From a virus (Duplodnaviria > Caudoviricetes), in IMG/VR virus record IMGVR_UViG_3300034520_000265, positions 1 through 62,802 of that record: a stretch of DNA of 62,802 bases. One strand, given 5' to 3'. Position 1 is the stretch's first letter, and every line of letters begins with the position of its first letter. Both the position numbers and the translations under genes were made by a program. The notes beneath the pieces are model-generated. The model worked only from the letters and a program-made list of their open reading frames with translations. It was not told the origin of the DNA and searched no databases. Shown here one piece after another: positions 1-9,408 of the stretch.

Positions 1-920
1 AAAGGATGGCTTGCACCAAGTGTTCAATGGAAGGTTGATGCACACATCAGACTGGTTAATTTAATAGCCAAGATACTACCAGTTACTAAAGTTGTTGTTG
101 AAGTAGCACCATTTGATATACACAAGATAGTCAATCCAACTGTAGAAGGTACTAAATACCAAGAAGGACCACAAAAAGATTTCTGGGACGTTAGAGAATA
201 CTGCTTGTGGAGAGCAGGATATAAATCTGAACTGTCGGGTAAAAAAGGTGTATTAGAAGTACATCATATTGTTCCCAGAAGTCAAGGTGGAACAGATAAT
301 CCATCAAATTTGATAGTGTTAACCGTTGAGGAACACAAAGCAATACATGAGGGGAAAATTAAGATTCCACGTAGTAAACTTAAAAAAGTTAAAATTCTCA
401 AAGATGCAAGTCATGTATCAACAATAGGATGGTGTATAGTTAACACATTAAAAGGACGATATGACATCAATATAACTTATGGTAGTATTACAAAAGCAAA
501 AAGAGTAGAGATGGGATTAGAGAAGGCACATAGAAACGACGCATTTGTAATAGCAGGTGGTAACAAAAATATTAACAGAACGACTGAATGGTACTTTGGA
601 AAATTTTTTAGAAGACAAAACAGGTCATTACACAAAGCTAATCCAATCAAAGGGGGGATTAGACCATCGAATACTATAAAGGAAGTTAGAGGATTTAGAA
701 GATTCGACAAAGTGAGATATAAAAATCAAATTGGCATAATCCACGGGTTAAGAAGTTCTGGATACTTCGATATACGTACATTGAGCGGAGAAAAAATTCA
801 CTCATCGGCAAAGTGGTCAAACCTAAAACTTTTAGAAAAAGCAAAAACACTAATGTTAGAAAGGAGGGAACAGCGCATTCCTCTCCATCTTAAAGAAGAT
901 GGAGTCTCCTGCGCTGGCTT
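1..920 (+). mobile_element. IS200/IS605-superfamily iscB element (partial; end near 920)
   Basis: iscB followed by a subterminal hairpin: CTCCATCTT(883-891)-AAAG-AAGATGGAG(896-904), enclosed by CAGCGCA(871-877)/TGCGCTG(910-916), then ATGA at 921. The omegaRNA and the other end lie outside the window. Confidence 0.75.
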
Positions 921-924
921 ATGA
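1..924 (+). CDS. iscB: IscB-type RNA-guided nuclease (RuvC + HNH), 5'-truncated by window edge
   Basis: Frame is open from base 1 (KGWLAPSVQWKVDAH...VVVEVAPFDIHK...YQEGPQ...VREY), so it is longer than the 205..924 ORF track. It has the GWLAPS post-bridge-helix motif, RuvC-II VVVE, HNH (VHHIVPRSQGG..NL...H), RuvC-III HRNDA and a C-terminal GFRRFDKV segment typical of IscB. Confidence 0.9.
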   Translation, partial: KGWLAPSVQWKVDAHIRLVNLIAKILPVTKVVVEVAPFDIHKIVNPTVEGTKYQEGPQKDFWDVREYCLWRAGYKSELSGKKGVLEVHHIVPRSQGGTDNPSNLIVLTVEEHKAIHEGKIKIPRSKLKKVKILKDASHVSTIGWCIVNTLKGRYDINITYGSITKAKRVEMGLEKAHRNDAFVIAGGNKNINRTTEWYFGKFFRRQNRSLHKANPIKGGIRPSNTIKEVRGFRRFDKVRYKNQIGIIHGLRSSGYFDIRTLSGEKIHSSAKWSNLKLLEKAKTLMLERREQRIPLHLKEDGVSCAGL

Positions 925-3353
925 TGATTGAACGTGTATTTGGACCGTATCCACGAGTTGATGGTGTAGGATATGTCATTGATTTTAAAGAGTTAGTTAA
1001 TGCAAATATTTCTGTTCGAATTTGGAATGAAACTAATCAAGATTTTACCGATATAGAAACGAAAAACATTAATTTATATTTAAAAGGATATCAGATTATA
1101 GTTATCTACGAAGGAATGAGCGTATATGATTCATTAAGACTTCAAGCTTCAAAGATATACGACAAAACAACAACATATTCAGATGGCACTAAAAAAGTGA
1201 GAACATATGCAGTTATTTATGTAGAAACTGGTTTAGAATATGAAACAGCAGATAAACGTTTTAGATTTAGTTCAAGTGGTAGTACAACAATTCGTGCTCC
1301 ATATCCAAATAAAGTCGCATTGGAATTTTGGTTAAAAACAGTTACTTATGATAAAAATGGCAATATAGTTAATGAAGAGTATACACAAAAACTTCCAGTA
1401 CCGTGGGATTATCCTAAAACAATCACTACTCCTTCAACTATGTATGGCTATTTCTGGGAATTTCCTGTTAAGGCATATTCAGTTGATTGTTATGGTAATA
1501 ATTCATATACAGAAGTAGGGACCGTTTCATTGAAATCAGCTAATAACTTAATTGGTCAAGAAACTACAGTTGAATTCAACGGGAAGCAGTATACAATAGT
1601 TCCTACTAGTGCAACTTCGCCTGCAATTAACCTTGATGAAGAATACAAAGATCCAAATAATACATATCCAAATTTAAGGTATAATTATAAGTTTGTAATA
1701 AAGGATTTATTAGATAATGTAATTGATGAGATTGAAACCACACCAAATGAAACAACGGATTTAATTGTTCCAGCTCATACTATTGAAGTTGATTTACCTC
1801 ATTTCCCAAAACAGACATTTTATATACAAGATGCAACTCTAAATAAAAATTACTGTATAACTCAAAATATATCTAAATTTGAACTTACTATACCACATAA
1901 AACAAATCAGTTAAATACAGAAGTTGCACACAGACACGTCAAAGACATAAATATAAACAGTGATGTAACGTTCGAATTTAAACATGCTAATTCACTTAAA
2001 TCAGCTCGATTAATTTATTACGGACAAAGGTATACATATGAATTTCCTATTTATAAATTTGAACTAAGCGAAGATGATCTCAAAGTTACATCGGCGTATA
2101 AAGCACCAATATTATTGATTGGAGAAGTTAATTACGTAAGAGATGGTAAAGACGCTTATGTAACTGATATAGATACACAAGCGAATATTTTAAATGAATA
2201 CGAAGTAATTATGACTGTACCACTTGAATATGAACTTCCAACTGAAAAGAAGGTTGTTTTAGTTCCTGTTAATATTAATAAAGATATTCAAATGTATACA
2301 GATAAAGAACCAGATATGCCTTATATAGATATTACCGAATGGCTTAAAAAAAGAAATTTGATGTTCGACTATGCAGTTATTGTACCAAATTTAATTGAAA
2401 TTGCTCCAAGTGAGTTAGATCTTGTTAAGGTGCATAACACAAAATTGATTTATAAAGACGGTTTCTATTATCCAGAATTTAGTAGAGCTAAATTATATGT
2501 AATGTATAAATCTTATCCGCTGAGAAATAGTATGATTTACAGACAGCCGTTTATGATTTCTGAACCAAAGCAAATAAAGCAATTTTTTGGACTTAGTACA
2601 CCAAAGAATCCACTTGCTTATGCAGCTAATTATATTTTATCTAAAACTAATCAACCTATTTTAGTTTGGGGATTATTAGATCAAACAGCAGATGATATTT
2701 ATAACACACTAGAAAACCTTAAAGGGTTAGAATACGCATATATTCTCAAAGATGGTTCGGAACCGTTAATTCACAATTTACTTGATAAATACATTAATAT
2801 AAACAACAAACCTTATACGTTAGTTGTCTCTTCTTCGAATGAAAATGTAATTAATAAGTATAATTCTGATTCAATTGTGTATCTTATAGGTATGCACAAA
2901 GATGGATATAATTACCTTTTAGGCTGTGATTATATTATTGAAGGAAAAAACAGCTTGAAAGAGGTTGTAGCTATGGACAAAATGAGCAATTTAAGTGATT
3001 ATAGAACGGCTATTAATCTTTCAAATCAAGGTTTTATATGTAAATACAACGATGAAATACTCAATCCGAGTACATTAAATATGAAAAACGGCTTAAAACT
3101 TGAACGTGAAAAGCGATTATTTAATAAAATTGCAAATGAACTCTACCAAATACCAAATAAGGTTTATACTATTGATGAGTACATATATACTCTTAAACAA
3201 ATTTTGGATAATTATAAATCACAAAAATTGATTTATGATTATTCTATAAATGTTCTTGAGAAAGTACAATTAGAATATACGGTTGTTGTAAGCATAAAAT
3301 TCAACTTATTAAGAGAAGCGAGAGTAGTACTTAGAGGTGGTTTAGTTGGCTAA
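921..3353 (+). CDS. Tail sheath-like protein (second sheath paralog) with long beta-rich N-terminal extension
   Basis: C-terminal half aligns by eye with the sheath at 60482-62176: YIDITEWLK in both; YVMYKSYP..QPFMISEPKQIKQFFG...KNPLAYAA vs FIEFVAYP..YPQKVSSISQIEDVLG...MNRLAFGA; sheath-like C-terminal helix/strand pattern. Confidence 0.65.
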   Translation: MMIERVFGPYPRVDGVGYVIDFKELVNANISVRIWNETNQDFTDIETKNINLYLKGYQIIVIYEGMSVYDSLRLQASKIYDKTTTYSDGTKKVRTYAVIYVETGLEYETADKRFRFSSSGSTTIRAPYPNKVALEFWLKTVTYDKNGNIVNEEYTQKLPVPWDYPKTITTPSTMYGYFWEFPVKAYSVDCYGNNSYTEVGTVSLKSANNLIGQETTVEFNGKQYTIVPTSATSPAINLDEEYKDPNNTYPNLRYNYKFVIKDLLDNVIDEIETTPNETTDLIVPAHTIEVDLPHFPKQTFYIQDATLNKNYCITQNISKFELTIPHKTNQLNTEVAHRHVKDININSDVTFEFKHANSLKSARLIYYGQRYTYEFPIYKFELSEDDLKVTSAYKAPILLIGEVNYVRDGKDAYVTDIDTQANILNEYEVIMTVPLEYELPTEKKVVLVPVNINKDIQMYTDKEPDMPYIDITEWLKKRNLMFDYAVIVPNLIEIAPSELDLVKVHNTKLIYKDGFYYPEFSRAKLYVMYKSYPLRNSMIYRQPFMISEPKQIKQFFGLSTPKNPLAYAANYILSKTNQPILVWGLLDQTADDIYNTLENLKGLEYAYILKDGSEPLIHNLLDKYININNKPYTLVVSSSNENVINKYNSDSIVYLIGMHKDGYNYLLGCDYIIEGKNSLKEVVAMDKMSNLSDYRTAINLSNQGFICKYNDEILNPSTLNMKNGLKLEREKRLFNKIANELYQIPNKVYTIDEYIYTLKQILDNYKSQKLIYDYSINVLEKVQLEYTVVVSIKFNLLREARVVLRGGLVG

Positions 3354-3864
3354 TGCCTATTTACCTATGTCTTATGACTTTAAATATATATCTGTTAATC
3401 CTACTCGTTTTCCAATTGAATATATTTTACGCTTTAATACTCAAACAGAAGAGTATAAATTTTATGATATACCGGCATTAGCGGGGCAAGATATTACAGG
3501 GCGAGCATTGATTTATTATCCTAATCCTTCTCTTGCTTTAAATTTAATGAATAAACGTCTAATTGCGGCTGGGATAGGCAAGTATAAACCAGCTAAACCG
3601 ATGTTTATTGTAGTTAACACACGCATTTCCAATCAAAAATTACTTAATTTTAATCGTATGTTAGCTGAAATAGATATAAAATCAATTGATTTAAAAACAT
3701 TTAATTTGCTTTGGAATTCATATTTTCATGAATTATTACCTCAAACACAGTTAACTGTGATCTATAACAATCAAGATAGCAGAAATATTATTTCACAAAC
3801 AACGAATATTCAAGTAACAGAAGGATATATTTTACAAGTTATACTACAAAGCATGGTCTTTTAA
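3346..3864 (+). CDS. Hypothetical protein, probable baseplate/tail component
   Basis: 172 aa ORF coupled to the upstream gene, GAGGTGG RBS before GTG/TTG start, tail operon context. Confidence 0.45.
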   Translation: MANAYLPMSYDFKYISVNPTRFPIEYILRFNTQTEEYKFYDIPALAGQDITGRALIYYPNPSLALNLMNKRLIAAGIGKYKPAKPMFIVVNTRISNQKLLNFNRMLAEIDIKSIDLKTFNLLWNSYFHELLPQTQLTVIYNNQDSRNIISQTTNIQVTEGYILQVILQSMVF

Positions 3865-3868
3865 GGGG

Positions 3869-5227
3869 ATGGTAAAGATGATAGATGTATATGAAGATAC
3901 GTACGGTTATCCAGATGAAGAACCATCTCAAAAGAGTAATATAATTGATAATATAGAAGCGTGGTTAGATACAGTTGTATTTGATAATACGCTTGAAGTA
4001 TTAATGAATGACTATCACAGAGGGCAATTAACCTTTGAATGGCTGGAAAATTTTATGCTTCCTGTGATTAGTACTACAATGAAAGCTATGTATTTAGGTG
4101 GTTTAATAGAAACATTAACGAATGCATTGGGACTTGCTTATCCCAAAGATACTATTTCTAATGATATTAAATCTGCATTTGCTAAAACAAACCGTATAAC
4201 ACTTACAAGAAAAGGATTAATTGCCTTTCCAGATAGATTAGTTCATGCAATGTCAAAAGCAGTTAAATCGGTAGAAGCAAATTTGCGGTTAGTTTATGCT
4301 GTTTTTGGTGTTGATCCAGATAATCCAGATACACCAAATTTATGGGATATGCTTGGTTCTGCAGCTAATTTTACCGCTTCTATGATTATTACAGAACCAT
4401 ATTATATATTTTTGGATAGTAATAGAGCTTTTTATGAGCAAAATAAGGAGGAATTATCGAAACAATTAGTAAAAGTTCGTATGCTTCGTAATGAATTAAC
4501 CGCTTGTGAGCTTTTAAAAAAAGAAAAAGTACCGTATACAAAGTATTATAGCTGTAGAATGCAGTATTTAGTGCATAATTTAAAGAAAGAAATAAAGAAT
4601 ATTTTAAATGATTTATCTGCTGATCCGCTTGTCTTAATGTTTACACTCATATTTGGCCTGTTCGATTTTATTAATTTGCTCTTTTTAAACCCAAAAACAC
4701 GTGTTTTTCCACTTCTAACTGATGTAAATGCATGGTTAGAACGTATAGATAACGCTTTAGATGCATTAAGTGGTATTGAAAAAGGCTTTGTTGAATGGTT
4801 GAAATCACCATATAATCCATTTGCTCCCGTTGTTTTGTGGTATGAAAATAATATTGCTTATAATATTAATGCATTTAATAGTACTGTTTCAGATCTTTCC
4901 GCTAAATTAGAGAATATCTTTAGCTCTCTTATAACTGAAGGACAATTTCCAGAGGAAAATACACTTAATTTCTTGGAAAATTACATTAAATTCTTAATTT
5001 CCTTGCTTGGAATAAAGGATAATTTTAAAGAAATAGAGCCTATTCCAGAGCTTTCTGCAGATACAAAAGGGTTAGAAGAAGGAAAATATGCAAATCAACC
5101 GGTAATTTTATCACCTGAAACTAAATCTCTTATAGCTAAACGCTCTAAATATTTTCAAAAAACGGAAGAAGGCGATGAAATCATCTCAAATATAGACTTT
5201 TCTCCTAAAAAATTAAGAGGATTTTAA
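3869..5227 (+). CDS. Hypothetical helical protein, probable baseplate component
   Basis: 452 aa ORF with one hydrophobic segment (LVLMFTLIFGLFDFINLLFL); context only. Confidence 0.45.
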   Translation: MVKMIDVYEDTYGYPDEEPSQKSNIIDNIEAWLDTVVFDNTLEVLMNDYHRGQLTFEWLENFMLPVISTTMKAMYLGGLIETLTNALGLAYPKDTISNDIKSAFAKTNRITLTRKGLIAFPDRLVHAMSKAVKSVEANLRLVYAVFGVDPDNPDTPNLWDMLGSAANFTASMIITEPYYIFLDSNRAFYEQNKEELSKQLVKVRMLRNELTACELLKKEKVPYTKYYSCRMQYLVHNLKKEIKNILNDLSADPLVLMFTLIFGLFDFINLLFLNPKTRVFPLLTDVNAWLERIDNALDALSGIEKGFVEWLKSPYNPFAPVVLWYENNIAYNINAFNSTVSDLSAKLENIFSSLITEGQFPEENTLNFLENYIKFLISLLGIKDNFKEIEPIPELSADTKGLEEGKYANQPVILSPETKSLIAKRSKYFQKTEEGDEIISNIDFSPKKLRGF

Positions 5228-5235
5228 TTGGAGGG

Positions 5236-5940
5236 GTGTGTATGACCGCTTTAGATGAAATAAAACAACTGTTTTTAGAAGCATTAAAAGGATTCAAAAG
5301 TGATTATTTGAATGAAATATCTAAATTATCTGTTGAATCTATGCCTATTTACCATGAAGAAGACAAAAAATACGTCTCTCAAACCTTATATGATGATAGA
5401 TACATTAAAAATATTACTGAAACAACAATTGAATTACCACATAAGTGGTTTAATATAACAAAAATATCCAATGAAAAGGGGCAAAACTTAGAATTTCAAG
5501 TGAATAATAACGTAATTACTGTTCCTAAATCGGAAATATACATTTTAGAAGGCTTTTCTATTATAGAACCTTATTGGTTTGATATAATTTCACTCTTAAA
5601 ACTCAGTTTTTTTGATAAAATGCTTCAAAATGCATCTAATATAAGCGAAATTGAAGAGCTGATTATTCGAATTAAAGCATTTTTTGCACAAAGACGCTTT
5701 AGAGAACTCTCAAATAACAAATTATTTTATGAAAATATCATAAATTTAGCTCTTGGCTACCCTTTTATTATGTATTCAGGTACAATTGAGAATATAATTG
5801 ATAATACAGTAGATATAACGCTTACAATAGACGGTCAAAAACAAGTAGTTCCACGTTTATTTGCAGACAAATTACATTGGAATGTAAATGATACCGTTTA
5901 TTTTGGAGATAAAATATTTGATACGGTTGTAATAAGCTAA
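5236..5940 (+). CDS. Hypothetical protein, probable baseplate component
   Basis: 234 aa ORF with GGAGGGG RBS, directly upstream of the spike gene. Confidence 0.45.
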   Translation: MCMTALDEIKQLFLEALKGFKSDYLNEISKLSVESMPIYHEEDKKYVSQTLYDDRYIKNITETTIELPHKWFNITKISNEKGQNLEFQVNNNVITVPKSEIYILEGFSIIEPYWFDIISLLKLSFFDKMLQNASNISEIEELIIRIKAFFAQRRFRELSNNKLFYENIINLALGYPFIMYSGTIENIIDNTVDITLTIDGQKQVVPRLFADKLHWNVNDTVYFGDKIFDTVVIS

Positions 5941-5950
5941 GAAAAGGTAG

Positions 5951-7126
5951 GTGTTTGGGCTAATGATTATCCCTCCAAGGTATTTACCAGAGCAAAATGG
6001 ATTAAAATTATTGAATTGTTATGTAAAAGATATAGATTCAAAGACATATACGATGAAATTAGAGTGTTCTGGACTGCAGCATGCTATTACAGCACCTATT
6101 CCTATGTTAAATAGTGCAAACGGAGTTGGTTTTACTGCTGTTCCAACTGTAGGACAGGCATTAAAGGTACTATTTGATGGGATAAATGTTGTTCCACTTC
6201 CTTTGTTCCCTATAGAAACACCATCAGATGGTTATAAAGGTATTAGACCCTCTAATCCTTCTCCTAAAGATCTATATATGATAGGTTGGCATGCGGGATA
6301 TATTGTAAAAGATTATAAATTAATTTCCTTTGTTACTAATGATGACGGTGAAAACTCTATTATAGAATTCGGAATAGATAAAAATACAAATTTAACCTAT
6401 ATTATAAACAAAACACGAGATTGGACATTAAAAGGTAAATATTACAGTTTTAATATAAAAGATGTTCCTGAATCATCAGATGCAACCTTTGAATTTAAAA
6501 CAAACAGTTTAAATATAACATATGAATCTAATCAAGGATTAAATCTTCAACTAACAGAGCCTGCAGTTCGTATAACTGTGGATAATAATAAATTGCTTTT
6601 AAGTAAAAATCAAGCGTATATTTCTATAGAAGACGATCAAATCATTTTAAAAGTAGGTAATTCACGAATAATCATAGATAGTGGTGGTAAAATGGAAATA
6701 AATGTGGATAAAATTGTAATTAATACAAATGAAGCAAAGATACAATCTAATAATATTGAACACAAGACATCAGATTTTTCTATTTCATCGTCAAATTATA
6801 AAGTTAATTCTAATATAATTACACAACAGGGCTCGAATATTAGTTTAGACGGTTCTAAAATAGACTTAGATAGTAGAATGACTACTATTAACGGTGATAT
6901 AACCGCATCTAATAATTTGAATGTATTAGGAAATGAAAATGTATTAGGTAATTTAACCGTAGCAAATATTCAAGTAGTTCTTATAACCGATTTAGAGCAA
7001 TTAAAAGGGAATGTAAATAATTCACTTCAGACATTAACTTCATCTTTAATAGCACATACACACGTTACAGCGGTAGGACCTTCTACACCGCCTTCTTCAC
7101 CTATTGTGTGCCCTATTATTCTTTAA
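5951..7126 (+). CDS. Baseplate central spike (gpV/gp5-like)
   Basis: N-terminal OB-fold-like segment (GVGFTAVPTVGQALKVLF), long beta-helix-like I/V-x-I repeats and C-terminal HTH apex (AHTHVTAVGPSTPP), as in P2 gpV/phi92 gp138 spikes. Confidence 0.8.
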   Translation: MFGLMIIPPRYLPEQNGLKLLNCYVKDIDSKTYTMKLECSGLQHAITAPIPMLNSANGVGFTAVPTVGQALKVLFDGINVVPLPLFPIETPSDGYKGIRPSNPSPKDLYMIGWHAGYIVKDYKLISFVTNDDGENSIIEFGIDKNTNLTYIINKTRDWTLKGKYYSFNIKDVPESSDATFEFKTNSLNITYESNQGLNLQLTEPAVRITVDNNKLLLSKNQAYISIEDDQIILKVGNSRIIIDSGGKMEINVDKIVINTNEAKIQSNNIEHKTSDFSISSSNYKVNSNIITQQGSNISLDGSKIDLDSRMTTINGDITASNNLNVLGNENVLGNLTVANIQVVLITDLEQLKGNVNNSLQTLTSSLIAHTHVTAVGPSTPPSSPIVCPIIL

Positions 7127-8586
7127 TCTTCTTGAATTTGTAAGATTACAGTTTTGGGTTCTGTGGTAGGTAATTGCGGAGTTTTCCACGTTAAGCGTGG
7201 AAGATTCTCTATTTCTGATTCATCTTCTATAGGTTCTGCAGCTCCTATTGTAAGTGATGTAGTACATAAACCCGTTGCAGAATAATTATGTGAGACAGAA
7301 ATTAAATATCCTTTCATTATATTATATGTTCCTTCAAAAGCAATATATTTTCCTATGTATTGTTCTAAACCCGGTGTAAGGTCTATATTTATTGCATGTG
7401 TCTGCGATGATTGTAAAATACGTCTTCTACGCCATAAATTTCTATTCCTTGCAATTTGAACAGCAGAACTTAAAATATTATTTGCTTCATCTTCCGAATT
7501 TAAAAAGTTACTTGTTTCTCCATTTTTAAGCTTTTGATATTCGTATAATAATAAAGCAGATTGATATGTTAATACCTCTAAATCTAATATTGCTCCTTGC
7601 TCTAACTCAGGAATTTTTATTTTCTTTAATTGATCTTCTAATGACGTTAAATTAATTGAAATTGAATATCCTTCATCTCCTGTAGAAAGTAAAGGGAGTA
7701 TATGTCCACCAAAGATATAATTTAATTGAGCAGTTCCTTCATCTAAAACATCTTCTGTTGGAACAACAAAAGTTATAAATAAATTAGGTACATTATGCGA
7801 ATAATTAATTGATACATCAAATATTTTATTTCTTGGTATTAATAATTGAGCTTCTTTATTAAATTGGGCTAGAGTTCCTACCTTTAAATGATTCGGACCT
7901 ATACTTTTTAATTCAACCATAGCTAAACTTGATAATAATTGAATTAAACCATCTATTGTAGTTTGGGTAGCCATACCATAACCACCCATAATTAATTGAG
8001 CCATTTTTAAACCTTCTACATCACCAAATGTTATGTCGTTTTCTATTTTAATATCTGTTATTCCTAAGTGTTTAAATAAACTCTTAAATAACCCTTCCCC
8101 CGATTCTTTTGCATTTTGTAAAACTTCATATAGTAAACCACCAAACATAAATTCATTGTCACCATTGTTTATCTTTTCTTTTAATATCTTTACGTTATTA
8201 GCTAAAATCTTACTTAATATAAAATCTTGAATAAGAGTAGGAGAAAGAAAATCATTACTTGCAGCAGAAGCTACATTAAATGAAATAGGGGATATAATTG
8301 TCTGCTGTAGTTGCCTTGTAAGTTGATCTTGTATACTAAATCCTTCTGAATAATTAAATGCACTTCTTTGCAAAATTTGTTCACTCATTACCATTTGATA
8401 TTCTACATCATCAAAAATAAGAGTAACCGGACTAAAAGGCTTTAAATTTACTGCTTCTTGTCCGGGTGCTACCATAACATTACCTAATATATTCATTCCA
8501 TTAAATGAAATTGAAGCACTTTCTACCCAAAAATCTTTGTTTTCACCAGAAATACATTTACATTTATGATGAGAAATTTTAGGCAT
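7123..8586 (-). CDS. Probable baseplate hub protein
   Basis: 487 aa; C-terminal KGYLISVSHNYSATGLCTTSLTI resembles the last barrel of GpD/gp27-type hubs; adjacent to the spike gene. Confidence 0.55.
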   Translation of the reverse strand: MPKISHHKCKCISGENKDFWVESASISFNGMNILGNVMVAPGQEAVNLKPFSPVTLIFDDVEYQMVMSEQILQRSAFNYSEGFSIQDQLTRQLQQTIISPISFNVASAASNDFLSPTLIQDFILSKILANNVKILKEKINNGDNEFMFGGLLYEVLQNAKESGEGLFKSLFKHLGITDIKIENDITFGDVEGLKMAQLIMGGYGMATQTTIDGLIQLLSSLAMVELKSIGPNHLKVGTLAQFNKEAQLLIPRNKIFDVSINYSHNVPNLFITFVVPTEDVLDEGTAQLNYIFGGHILPLLSTGDEGYSISINLTSLEDQLKKIKIPELEQGAILDLEVLTYQSALLLYEYQKLKNGETSNFLNSEDEANNILSSAVQIARNRNLWRRRRILQSSQTHAINIDLTPGLEQYIGKYIAFEGTYNIMKGYLISVSHNYSATGLCTTSLTIGAAEPIEDESEIENLPRLTWKTPQLPTTEPKTVILQIQED

Positions 8587-9392
8587 TATTTATTTTCCTC
8601 CAATGGTTTCGGCTTGACTTTACCAGTAATTAAATCTTGATATGACACATCACGAGCTGCATCTAAAGCTATACTTAAACTAGATAACAAATTCTTTAGT
8701 TGTTCTGCATCACTTAATTGCATTTCTCTATTCATTCTTTCTTTTAAATCGTGAGCTGCAAATGCCATTCTAATAAGTTCTGTTGTACTTAATGTGCTGT
8801 GCTTGTTCCTCATTTCATTTAATAACCTCGAATATGCAAGTGAAGTTGTAGCTTCAATTATCTTGTTGCTTTCTATTGGAGGCATAAAACCTAATTTGAA
8901 AATCAAATCTAAATCAGGTTTGTAGAATGATATCTTAACAAATTTACTGAATTTGTCATAATCTGCACTTTCAACGTACATATCAAATTCATCTGCACTT
9001 TGTATCCCATTTAAATTCCATACAAGTACCCTGAATTTCTTTATTAAACCGGATTCAAAACTATTATACCCAGATACATCAAATGTATTAATTATCTGTT
9101 CATCTGTAAATTGCATGTTTATCATTACAGTAATTAATGCCTTAAAGGTTAAATTCCTTAAAATTAACTTATCAAAACCCAAAAACAATTTATTATTATC
9201 TAAAAACTCTTGAACTTCTTCGTTGATTATCGTTAGCTCATCTTCGGGTATTTGTTCATTAAACCATTCTTTGAATCGTTCAAATTCTATTCCATCATTT
9301 AAAATACCAGATTGCTTACATCTCTCAAATGTTAATTCTAAATCATTGGATATTTTATAAAAATATTGAAATATTCCATATGAAGGGTGCAT
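8586..9392 (-). CDS. Hypothetical protein
   Basis: 268 aa helical ORF with AGGAGG RBS; no family recognised. Confidence 0.5.
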   Translation of the reverse strand: MHPSYGIFQYFYKISNDLELTFERCKQSGILNDGIEFERFKEWFNEQIPEDELTIINEEVQEFLDNNKLFLGFDKLILRNLTFKALITVMINMQFTDEQIINTFDVSGYNSFESGLIKKFRVLVWNLNGIQSADEFDMYVESADYDKFSKFVKISFYKPDLDLIFKLGFMPPIESNKIIEATTSLAYSRLLNEMRNKHSTLSTTELIRMAFAAHDLKERMNREMQLSDAEQLKNLLSSLSIALDAARDVSYQDLITGKVKPKPLEENK

Positions 9393-9408
9393 TATTTCGA
9401 CCTCCTTT

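Noticed and set aside
205-924. Stand-alone HNH homing endonuclease or Cas9 fragment
   Set aside because: The frame extends to base 1 with IscB-specific motifs, ends shortly after RuvC-III and is followed by an IS200/605-type hairpin.
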